NCBI GenBank assembly: GCA_038087875.1
Contig: JAXLNO010000355.1
Span: forward strand, 1 to 64,000
Direction: 5' to 3'
Source: Malacoraja senta
Taxonomy: Eukaryota
Length of the DNA: 64,000 nt
Part shown: piece by piece, positions 1 through 10,193 of the stretch
Numbering within the stretch: the stretch's first letter is position 1
How the letters are laid out: each line of letters starts with the position of its first letter
Notes under the pieces: generated by a model
The model's input: the letters and a program-made list of their open reading frames with translations, nothing else
Database searches by the model: none
What the model was told of the DNA's origin: nothing
Made by a program: the position numbers and the translations under genes

Positions 1-1412
1 GTTTGCCACTGGCAAGTAACATCATACATGAGTACTGAAGAGGACAAACAAGGGTGTTACTGTGTAATGCCGCTGTTCCTTGGATCTCAGATGTGACAAA
101 TTGAAGTGTATTTATAAAGCATCTCTAATATAGTAAAACAGCCCGAAGTGCATACAAAACATTTGGCGCTAAATGACAAGAGTGGTTTTAGGACAGATGA
201 AAAGGTGTAGTGGTTTGCTGTACACAAATTGGCCACAGCCTTTTCACCTTCTGAACACTGGCTTCTGTGATGATGGAAATCTGAAGAAGGCCTAAATAGA
301 TTGATTAAAATATGCTCGCAGATAGAAACTGGGCAGATACAACAGTTGCTGTATCAGAAATAGAAACAGAAAACGTTGGAACAGTCCACAGGCCAGGTGA
401 CATCTGTGGAAAGATACAAAATGAACATTTCAAGTCGAAGAATCAGATTATCGTTAAAAAAAAAAATTCCATCAGAAGCAATTCAGCATTGTAAATGCAG
501 AACAGATACAGGAAATATATATTTTAATCCCCCAAGAGATATGAATGTTGCCAGAGTTTTATTTGGCCAATTGTAGTCTTGAAATGTATTTTTTTGTAGT
601 CATAAAATTCTTGCTTTTAAAATCAGATCTAACAATTTTTTGTGCTAGTTTTAATGTAACATAAACAATGGCTACCCTCATGCGGCTCACAGCGACTTGT
701 GCCTTTTAAGGAAACAAAATCTGTCAAGTCCCTTTGCAGGATGTTATCAAACAAAATGTTGACACTGAGCCACAAAAGGGTATACGACGTGACTTTGTGA
801 TCAAAGATATCGGATGAAGGCAGAGGCTGAGAGGTTTAGAGAGGACATTCTGGTCCGTAGGATGTGATCAGCCGGGCATGTCCACCGGTGGTGGAGGGAT
901 TAAGTTTAGAGAAATGCAAAAGGTCAGGAATTGAAGGAGATGAAATATGATGTATGAAACTTACACATCGGGGGATGGTCTTCAGTTAGAAAGTGAGATA
1001 ATGGAACTCAATGTCACATGGAGTGGTTGAGACAAAGAAACAAACATTGGTTTGAGGCAAGCTAGGCTAAGCACAGGAAGGGGAAGGGAATAGAAGGATG
1101 TACCGATGCGGTGAGATGGTGGAGAAACCTATGTGTCATATAAGCACCAGCATGGAACCACGTGTTCTATGTACAATCTATTGCTATGCTGTGGTTTGGG
1201 GTTCAGAGCTTATGTAACCATCAGAAAGTGAGTGATTAAAATTGGGGTTGTACAAGAGACACGATTGCATGAGCAGAGTGATCTCAGAAGAAACTAGTGA
1301 CAGGGGAGATCATAGTTAGATGGGAAAGAAGACTCAGTGTGATTTAGGATAAAAAAATAGTAGCTCAGGTGACATTGATACACCCTTCCCAGATAAGCCC
1401 GATGTTCTCAAT

Positions 1413-1605
1413 ATAGACACAAAAAGCTGGAGTAACTCAGTGGGACAGGCAGCATCTCTGGAGAGAAGGAATGGGTGATGAAGAAGGGTCTCGACCCGAA
1501 ACATCATCCATTCCTTCTCTCCAGAGATGCTGCCTGTCCCGCTGAGTTACTCCAGCTTTTTGTCTATCTTCAGTTTAAACCAGCATCTGAGGTTCCATGT
1601 TACAC
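1413..1605. mobile_element. Penelope-derived foldback element with a minimal hammerhead-like motif in the loop
   Basis: Roughly 65-bp inverted arms around TGAAGAAGGGTCTCGACCCGAAACATC. Confidence 0.7.
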
Positions 1606-1619
1606 ACCAATGCTCTCAA

Positions 1620-2550
1620 TGCTTGCTTTGAACGGGAGATCATAGATGTACCTTCTCAGGCCTCACAGCCCGTGATAACACTGTAATTTTGGTCACCGAG
1701 GCCGGCCAGAAGATCCTTCATGAGGGTGAATACTCGAAAGCGTCCGGCCCCGATAGTGGCCACGTTCTTAAAACCTACACGGACCAATTGGGTGCAGTTT
1801 TTGTGGACATCTCCAACCTCTCATTAATAATGTCCAAGGTTCCCACCTGCTTTAAAAGGGCATCAATAATACTTGTGTCCATGAAGAGTAAGGTGTCGTG
1901 CCTCAATGACTACCAACCAGTGGCGCTAACATCCGTGATGATGAAGTGCTTTGAGAGGTTGGTTATGATGCATTTCAACTCCTGCCTTAGTAAGGAACCT
2001 GGATTTACTATAATTTGTATACTGCCACAAAAGATCAACAGAGGATGTGATCTCGCTGGTTCTCCGCTCTGCACTGTATCATTTGGCCAATAAGAACATG
2101 TACTTCAGGCTATTGTTCACCGACCACTGCTTGGCATTCAACACCATCATCTCTTCAAAAATTATCATTAAACTCTGACAATTGGGTCTCTGCATGTCCC
2201 TATGTAATTAGATCCTCAACTTCCTCACCAACAGGCCACAGTCAGTAGAAATTGGCAACAACACTTCCTCCTCAATAATAATAACAACATAGGAGCACCT
2301 CAAGGCTGTGTGCGCAGTCCTCTTCTCAACTCTCTCTGTCCCTACCACTGTGTAGCTGGACCTAGTTACAACGTGAGGTTTCAATTCATTAATGATACAA
2401 CCATTGCTGGACAACTAACAAGTCAGAGTACAGGAGGGAGATTAATGATCTGATTGAACGGTGCCAGAATCTTACTCTCAGGCATCAAGACCGAGGAACT
2501 AATTGTCGAATTCAGGAAGGGAAAGATGGGATTCTATGAACCTAGTTTAT
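1620..2550 (+). mobile_element. Degraded Rex1/Babar-like LINE RT fragment
   Basis: KASGPD, PTCFKRASII, CLNDYQPVALTSVMMKCFERLV and a GAPQGCV-like segment; frameshifted. Confidence 0.75.
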
Positions 2551-2555
2551 GATAG

Positions 2556-2881
2556 AAACATAGTCTTATAGACACATATACAATTCTTAAGGGATCTTAA
2601 GGGATCAGGCTAGATGCAGGAAAAGGCCATTTAGGACTGAGATGAGGAAAAACTTTTTCACACAGAGAGTTGTGAATCTGTGGAATTCTCTGCCACAGAA
2701 GGCCAATTCACTGGATGTTTTCAAGTTAGATTTAGCTCTTAGGGCTATCGGAATCAAGGGATATGGGGGAAAGCAGGAACGGGGTACTGATTTTGGATAA
2801 ACAGCCATGATCATATTGAATGGCAGTGCTGGCTCGAAGGGCCAAATGGCCTACTCTTGCACCTATTTTCTATGTTTCTAT
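2556..2881 (+). mobile_element. CR1 LINE 3' end fragment
   Basis: FRTEMRKNFFTQRVVNLWNSLP-coding segment and a TTCTATGTTTCTA tail. Confidence 0.85.
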
Positions 2882-3349
2882 GATGGTTGGTATGGATTTG
2901 ATGGGCTGAAGGGCCTATCCCTGAGCTCTATGATTCTATGAAATATTTCGAAATAGCAATCAATATCATGGACAATGCTGCAGGCAAAATTATACACAGG
3001 AAGCTTCCTTGAGTAGAGGTGTGACAAATGGTCCCATTGTTTGTTTTCCTGATGTTGGATGAGGGATAACTATTGATCAGGATATTGGAATGAATATGTT
3101 GAACCTCATCCATACCTTGCCTGAAAGATGATCTCCCTTCTGTTTGGGATTTAATTATTCCGCGCTGATTCATCTGCCTGAAGATTTAGGAGCAGCTACT
3201 TTGTGGTCATCAAAATCGCTCAAAAAACATTTTTTTCCAGTAAATATTATCTAGTCTTTTTCACCTTGCTGTGTATGGGATCTTGCTATGCATAAATAAG
3301 CCAGCAGATTTTCTGCATCATAACTGTGACTGCCCTCTTATACTTTAGA

Positions 3350-3650
3350 GATTTAGATGTTAGACCAGAGATACTGCGTGGAAAACAGCCCTTCAGCCTA
3401 CCGAGTCCATTCCGACCAGTGTTCACCCTGTACACTAGCACTATCCTACACACTAGGGACAATTTACAATTTACAGAAGCCAATTAAGCTACAAACCTGC
3501 ATGTCTTTGGAGTGTGGGAGGAAACCAGAGAAACCCACGCGGTCACAAGGAGAATGTACAAACTCTGTGCAGACAGCATCCATAGTCGGGATCGAACCCA
3601 AGTCTCTGGCGCTGTAAGGAAGCAACTCTACCGCTGTGCCACTGTGCCAC
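3350..3650 (-). mobile_element. tRNA-derived V-SINE (HE1-like), nested in a Deu/SacSINE-like SINE spanning about 3190-3930
   Basis: Minus strand shows A/B-box-like TGGCACAGCGGTAGAG...GGTTCGATCCC and the V-domain TTTCCTCCCACACTCCAAAGAC. Confidence 0.75.
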
Positions 3651-4374
3651 TCTTCACCACTGTGCCCCCAAAAGTACTTTGTTGTCAAACACTTTTGGAG
3701 CATAGTGTAAGAGTTTATTTGATGATAAGCAGAGAATCTGCTGCAAGGAAAGATAAATATTGGCCCAGGATATGAGGGAGAATTCCCCTGCTCTTCTTTG
3801 AAATAATGAAATGGGACCTTTTGCATCCACCGGTGAGAATGGATAGGTCCTCAGTTTAATAACTTGTCCAAAACTAGGACCTCGGATATATTTGCCCTCC
3901 TTCAGTTGTGAAGCAATTACCAGAATTGAAATATTGTCGACATCTCAAAGAATAGTTGACCTGGAGGAAATTACGGCAATAGGAATTGAAAACAACAATG
4001 AGAATTTACAAAATACATGTGTTGCTTCACCAGATCCAATGTATGCCTCACCCACGGAGGATGATAGGTGAATAAATGATGCAAGTTCAGATGTGGGAAG
4101 CAGACTTTTGGATGAAGTTTACAGCGAGGGCAAAATGGGAGGTTGGCAAGGATTGCGTTTGAATAGACGAGCCTTGAGACAGCAAAAACACAGATGAGCT
4201 GAGACAAGGGTGTATGTGGCCTTGTAGTGGTGGTGGATATATTCAGAGATTCATGGCTCAGTGCTGATATTGCTCACATTTTCCCTTGAAAAGAAGACAG
4301 TTAGTTTACGTTTAATCTGTTTAATCTGCTTGTTTCGTCTTGCTTTGACTTACATTCACTCTTGTTCCTTTCAG

Positions 4375-4582
4375 ACTTAACTCTGCCAAGATAGGTCACA
4401 TTCGTGGGCCTATACTGTGCCGTCACTACTCATCCGGTGCACACACCAACCACAAGTACACACCACGGAGAGCTGTGCTGTACGTGCCTGGCAACGATGA
4501 AAGGAAACTCCAGAAGATCCCCAATCTTCATGTAGATTGTGCTGTGCTGGACTGTGAAGATGGAGTTGCATTAAACAAAAAG
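4375..4582 (+). CDS. CLYBL: CLYBL coding exon (human exon 2 equivalent)
   Basis: ttcctttcAG acceptor, AAG|GTactg donor. Translates ...HKYTPRRAVLYVPGNDERKLQKIPNLHVDCAVLDCEDGVALNKK, the CitE/CLYBL N-terminal motif. 208 nt. Confidence 0.95.
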
Positions 4583-4975
4583 GTACTGCAGCATGTACAT
4601 GTACCAATGTGGAAGCATGTGGCAACGCAGAATATTGGAACATAGAAATATACGGCACATGAACAGGCCCTTCTGTCCAATATGTCATTGTCGAACATGA
4701 TGCCAAGATCATCTAATCTCATTTGCCTCCACATGGTCCATATTCCCTGCATATCCACTTACTTATCTAAAAGCCTCTTGAATGCCACTATCATATCTGT
4801 CTCCACCACCATCCATGGCAGCGCATTCCAGGCATCCACCTCCCCTTATGTAAAAAACCTGCCCCATATATCGCCTTTCTTTCACCTTAAACCTATGACC
4901 TCTTCTCTTTGACATGTCCACAATGGGAAAAAGGTTCTGAATGTCTACCCTATCTATTCCTTTCATCATTTTATA

Positions 4976-5407
4976 TACTATCAGGAAGTTCATTGCTGTG
5001 AACTTGTCGAAAGATCACAGTTTTCATTTGAGTTCAGAAAAATGACAGATGCTGGTGGTGAAATGTATTGTATTTGGATGGTTGGATAGGGTAGATGGTG
5101 GGAATCAGTGGTCTCAGACTCTGGATAGTGGGTGTAAAGCTTCTGGCACTTATGGAGTACTTGGGTGTGTTCTCAAAACCTGCAAGGATCAACAGGCTGG
5201 AGTTTTTGCTGACATCTTCAACTACTGAGGTGGCACTAACATCCGTGGTGATGAAGTTACCACAAAATGGCTCTGCGGTGGAAGATCAGCCATGATCTTG
5301 GTGACTGGCAGATCTAGTTAGAAGGGCCGGTCCTGTTTCTCTTTCTCATGTTCTTAATTATTATATCCTCTCAAGACATCCCAATTTAAGCACTGACATT
5401 GCTTTCA
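4976..5407 (+). repeat. Direct repeat A, copy 1 (432 bp, putative target-site duplication)
   Basis: Matches 9540-9971; the only difference noticed is G5165 vs T9729. Confidence 0.95.
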
Positions 5408-5573
5408 CTACTGATGATGTGTCCTGTGCCCAACTGTCCTGAAGGTTACCCCCCCCACCCCCCCCCCCGATGTTGAGCGTCTACCACTCTCAACAATCAA
5501 CGAATGTCGTGAAATGCTCCCCACCTATTGGCACAAGGGACTTCTTAACATCTTGTCCTGTGTATTTGATTCT
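5406..5573 (+). repeat. Terminal direct repeat B, 5' copy (168 bp)
   Basis: CACTACTGATGA...TGTATTTGATTCT, matching 9369-9537 except for one C in a poly-C run. Confidence 0.95.
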
Positions 5574-5753
5574 GATAATCTGGACTCGTCCAGTGACTGC
5601 TGTGAAAGGACAGCTGACAACATGGGAAAGTCCATGTGACAGCTTGGAGAGACAGCTGACAGGAGGGAACAGACCCCACTGGGGCCGTCATGGGCTAGCT
5701 ACCCATGACAGCAGTCCCCAATGCTGTTTCAGCTAGTTGGAGACACCCGCTAA

Positions 5754-8700
5754 ATGCTACTAAATGCTACTAAAAGTAAAATAAAGAGAATACCCCTAGA
5801 GCCTGCGAGAGCGGGGGCGGAAGATGGCTCACCGATTGATAACACGGTTACAGACCCAGGAACGGAAACGACTACTGACAAGGAGAGCATGGCACATGAG
5901 ACATCCACAACAGCTGCGGGACACAAACTTCAGGTGTGCATCTGTGGTTGGGAGAAATTAACATCAGTGAAGGGCTTGAAGATCCACCAAGGGAAGAAAA
6001 AGTGCTTGAGAGAGCAGAAACATGGGCCTCGCATTGACCAGTACTTCTTACGAAGCAACCAGTCAAATCAGTCGAGTGAAGCACAGCGACGGGACACAAA
6101 CCAAAGTTCGCAGAGCATCAGCACCCATGTCACTGAATAGGGTGATACAAGCACAGAAATGCCGGTGGAGGAGCCCACGCAACAACTACAAAGACCTCCA
6201 TTGGAGGGAAAGATCAAAGGGCACAAACCTGGAGTGAAATGGCCCAAGGCTGTTGAAAAGAAAGAGTGGGAGACGGTCAACAGTGACCTTATACATATCT
6301 TGGAGCAACAAACGGGCACAGCTGTGGAAAAGCTTGAAAGGATGGGCAACACAATCTACAGCTATGGAGAAGAACGGTTTGGGGTGAGTAAAGGGAGAGG
6401 TGGAAAGAAATTACCAACACCAATCAAGTCCAGGAGGCAGCAGGAGATCGAGAGGCTAATCAGAGAGAGGAGACAGTTGAAAAAGCAATGGAAAAAAGCA
6501 ACTGACGCAGAGAGAGAAGGTCTCATGCTACTCCAAGAGGACATCAAGAACCGATTGGCAACCTTGCGAAAAGCAGAGAACTTGAGGAAACTTCGCAAGA
6601 AGAAAGAACACACAAGAACACGGTTCTATAAAGACCCTTTCAAGTTCATCAAAGACCTCTTCGCAAAGGAAAAAAGTGGAACTTTGAAAACATCAAAACA
6701 GGAATTGGAGGAACACCTGGAAAAGGCCCACAAAGACACGAAAAGGCATGAGCAGTTGGTCATCCCACATGACATCCCGCCTATTCAACCACCTGAATTC
6801 AACATGGACACCAGCCCTCCGAGATGGAAAGAGGTGGAGAACACGGTCCGGCGAGCAAGAGCAGCATCAGCTCCGGGGCCAAACGGAGTACCATACAAGC
6901 TCTATAAGAATGCACCGGATGTGTTACGCTTTCTATGGAAGCTCATGAGGGTGGTGTGGAAGAAGCAAACAATACCTAAGGCTTGGCGAAGGGCCGGCGG
7001 CGTGCTAATACCTAAAGAAAAGGATTCGTCAGACATCAGCCAATTCCGGCCAATATGTCTCCTCAACGTCGAGGGAAAAATCTTTTTTAGCATTGTATCA
7101 CAAAGGCTGTCCACCGATCTGGTAACAAACAAGTACATTGATACATCTGTACAGAAAGCAGGAATTCCAGGATTTTCGGGCTGCTTGGAGCATACAAGCA
7201 TGATCTGGCACCAGATCCAAGCAGCTAAGAAGGACAAGAGAGACCTACATGTGATCTTCCTCGATCTGGCCAATGCATTTGGTTCAGTTCCCCATGAACT
7301 CCTTTGGGAATCTTTTGCCTTTTTCCATGTACCAGAGCTCATCACCACACTGGTCAAGAAATATTACCAAGACCTGCAGCTGTGCTTCACAACAGCTGAC
7401 TTCAGTACAACATGGCAGCGCTTGGAAGTAGGCATCATGGCAGGCTGCACAGTCTCACCCTTGGCCTTTACAATGGCCATGGAAGTCATCATCAGGGCCT
7501 CAAAATGGGTGGTGGGCGGTGAACGAACCAGGGCTGGGCTCCGTCTGCCACCCATCAGGGCATACATGGACGACATGACCACACTAACCACTACTGCAGC
7601 ATGCACCAAGCGGCTACTTGGAAAGCTGCAGGAGAACATCAAGTGGGCCCAAATGAAAATCAAACCAAGTAAATCTCGAAGCATCTCCATAGTCAAGCGG
7701 GTGCTTAGAGACACAAGGTTCTGTATTGGTGACGACCCAATACCAACAGTGTCTGAGCAGCCAGTTAAAAGCCTGGGAAGATGGTATAACGCAAGTCTCA
7801 AGGACAAAGAGCAGGTGCAACAACTAAGGCAAGAAATTGTCAATGGACTGGAGAACATCAATCAGACCCTACTGCCTGGGAAACTGAAGCTCTGGTGCCT
7901 ACAGTTTGGACTCCTTCCTCGGATAATGTGGCCACTGACCGTTTATGAAGCCCCAATAACAACCGTGGAGAAGATGGAGCGAACCATAACTTCATACGTG
8001 AAGAAATGGCTCGGTGTCCCACGATGTCTAACTAACATCGGCCTCTATGGCAAAGGGGTCCTGGAACTACCTCTCACTAGTCTAACAGAGGAATATAAGT
8101 GTTCTAAAGTAAGACTCCAGATGACACTGAGGGATTCTAGAGACAAGATCATCAGTGCTGTTGCGCCGCCCCTAGCAACTGGCCGGAAGTGGACACCATC
8201 TGATGCAGTACAGCAAGCTTCATCAGCCCTGAGGCACAAAGACATAGTGGGGCAAGTCCAGCAGGGAAGAGGAGGCTTTGGCCTTACGACAAGTAAACCA
8301 ACTTGGCGAAAGGCCACAACATCAGAGCGGAGGACGTTGGTGGTTGAGGAGGTGCGGCGACAGGAGGAGGCCGCAAGAAGTGCAAAGGCGGTCTCTCTTG
8401 CCAAGCAGGGGCAATGGATGCAGTGGGAAGGTGTGGAGCGGAGGAAGATCAGCTGGAAAGAACTATGGGAAATGGAAGCAAGCAAGATCAGCTTCATCAT
8501 CAGAGCGACATATGACGTGCTTCCATCACCAAAGAACCTCCATCAGTGGTACGGCGAGGATCCAACCTGTGCCATCTGCCCAACTCCAGCGACCCTCAAA
8601 CACATCATGGTAGGCTGCAAGACCAGCCTCACGCAAGGGAGATACACGTGGCGGCATAATCAGGTACTAAAAAGCCTGGCATCAGCCCTTGAGAACAGGC

Positions 8701-9252
8701 GGTGTGCGACCAACTCCTTGCCTCCGAGAGCAAGCAACCCTCCCCTAAGGGTAATAACCTTTGTCCGAGAAGGACAGAAAACTTCTAAACTTCCTTCCAC
8801 CAGATCAGAAGAAGGAAGCCAATGCAGGGCCCGTGACTGGAGGATGCTGGCGGACATCGGCCGACAACTAATTTTTCCACCTGAAATTGCTTCCACCACC
8901 CTCAGGCCAGACTTGGTGTTCTGTTCCCCTTCACAGAAGACTGCTTACATCATAGAGCTCACAGTTCCATGGGAGAACTCTGTTGAGGAGGCCTATGAGC
9001 GTAAGAAGCTGCGCTACGCAGAGCTTGCAGCAGAGGCAACGCAGCGTGGCTGGAACACCAAAGTCTATCCAGTTGAAGTGGGATGCAGAGGATTTGTTGC
9101 GTCATCTACCATCAGACTGCTGAAGGAGCTTGGAATCCACGGTCAGGCTCTGCGGAAGACCATAAGATCACTCTCAGGCGGCTGAAAGAAGCAGCCGGTG
9201 GATTTGGCTCAAGCGGAAAGACCCATGCTGGGCCCCAAGTATGTCGGGGTGA
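5754..9252 (+). pseudogene. Retrotransposon polyprotein (Zn finger - RT - CCHC knuckle - PD-(D/E)xK restriction-like endonuclease) with two lesions
   Basis: N-terminal CICG...GLKIHQGKKKC. RT motifs FRPICLLN, FLDLANAFGSVPH, GIMAGCTVSP, AYMDD. Knuckle CAIC...HIMVGC. Endonuclease motifs RHNQV, RPDLV, IIELTVPWE, RKKLRY, VEVGCRG. In-frame TAG at 6138-6140 between two same-frame ORFs (5754-6140, 6159-9185). Frameshift at about 9177 before AAERSSRWIWLKRKDPCWAPSMSG-TGA (ends 9252). Confidence 0.88.
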
Positions 9253-9259
9253 ATCTTTG

Positions 9260-9402
9260 GGACGGTTTGACACGGGACATGCGCTGAGGGTTGATCATCC
9301 TGCAGCGGGCCGCCCTTGTGGAGGGTGTATAGTGTTAAAAGGCCGAAACACCCAGTGATGCAAGGGTACACTACTGATGATGTGTCCTGTGCCCAACTGT
9401 CC
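9260..9402 (+). ncRNA. Putative hammerhead-like ribozyme with rearranged strand order in the retrotransposon 3' UTR
   Basis: CUGAUGA 9374-9380; GAAA 9345-9348; GUA 9327-9329. Stem III 9323-9328/9348-9353; stem I 9330-9335/9368-9373; stem II 9308-9311/9341-9344; plus further helices. Paired by eye; activity not shown. Confidence 0.6.
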
Positions 9403-9537
9403 TGAAGGTTACCCCCCCCACCCCCCCCCCCCGATGTTGAGCGTCTACCACTCTCAACAATCAACGAATGTCGTGAAATGCTCCCCACCTATTGGCACAA
9501 GGGACTTCTTAACATCTTGTCCTGTGTATTTGATTCT
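9369..9537 (+). repeat. Terminal direct repeat B, 3' copy (169 bp; element 3' end)
   Basis: Matches 5406-5573 and contains a C8-A-C12 tract. Confidence 0.95.
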
Positions 9538-9539
9538 TC

Positions 9540-9971
9540 TACTATCAGGAAGTTCATTGCTGTGAACTTGTCGAAAGATCACAGTTTTCATTTGAGTTCA
9601 GAAAAATGACAGATGCTGGTGGTGAAATGTATTGTATTTGGATGGTTGGATAGGGTAGATGGTGGGAATCAGTGGTCTCAGACTCTGGATAGTGGGTGTA
9701 AAGCTTCTGGCACTTATGGAGTACTTGGTTGTGTTCTCAAAACCTGCAAGGATCAACAGGCTGGAGTTTTTGCTGACATCTTCAACTACTGAGGTGGCAC
9801 TAACATCCGTGGTGATGAAGTTACCACAAAATGGCTCTGCGGTGGAAGATCAGCCATGATCTTGGTGACTGGCAGATCTAGTTAGAAGGGCCGGTCCTGT
9901 TTCTCTTTCTCATGTTCTTAATTATTATATCCTCTCAAGACATCCCAATTTAAGCACTGACATTGCTTTCA
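9540..9971 (+). repeat. Direct repeat A, copy 2 (432 bp)
   Basis: TACTATCAGG...CATTGCTTTCA, matching 4976-5407. Confidence 0.95.
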
Positions 9972-10193
9972 ATTTTGGAGTCATCAAGTGATGAATTGTT
10001 AACAAAAGTGTGACACTTTATGCGTTTTTGCTAAATGCTGCACATTCTGTAGAGAACCACCAGCACCCACATCATTGACCAACTCTTCTCCACCTTTGAA
10101 TCAAAACTGAGGGAGTCTGAGATGAGCTGAAGATGAGATGCCAGTAAACTGGACCTCCATTGAGCGCAGGGTTAGAACATTGGCACATGAAGC

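Larger units (their letters stand above)
5406..9539 (+). mobile_element. HERO-like (R2-superfamily, RLE-type) non-LTR retrotransposon with terminal direct repeats
   Basis: Single long RT+RLE reading frame. Terminal repeats at 5406-5573 and 9369-9537. Flanked by a 432-bp direct duplication. The HERO assignment rests on recognised protein motifs, not a database search. Confidence 0.9.

Noticed and set aside
5095..5295. Duplicated 66-aa ORF (also at 9659-9859)
   Set aside because: By-product of the 432-bp duplication over degraded LINE-like sequence; no domain recognised.
9300..9345. Twister ribozyme suggested by GTGGAGGG
   Set aside because: The other twister elements (UAA cleavage strand, GGUCCCAAGCCC-like segment) could not be placed; the hammerhead core fits far better.
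5406..9537. LTR retrotransposon or endogenous retrovirus interpretation of the terminal repeats
   Set aside because: No TG...CA ends, PBS, integrase, protease or gag; the RT and RLE motifs are non-LTR type.
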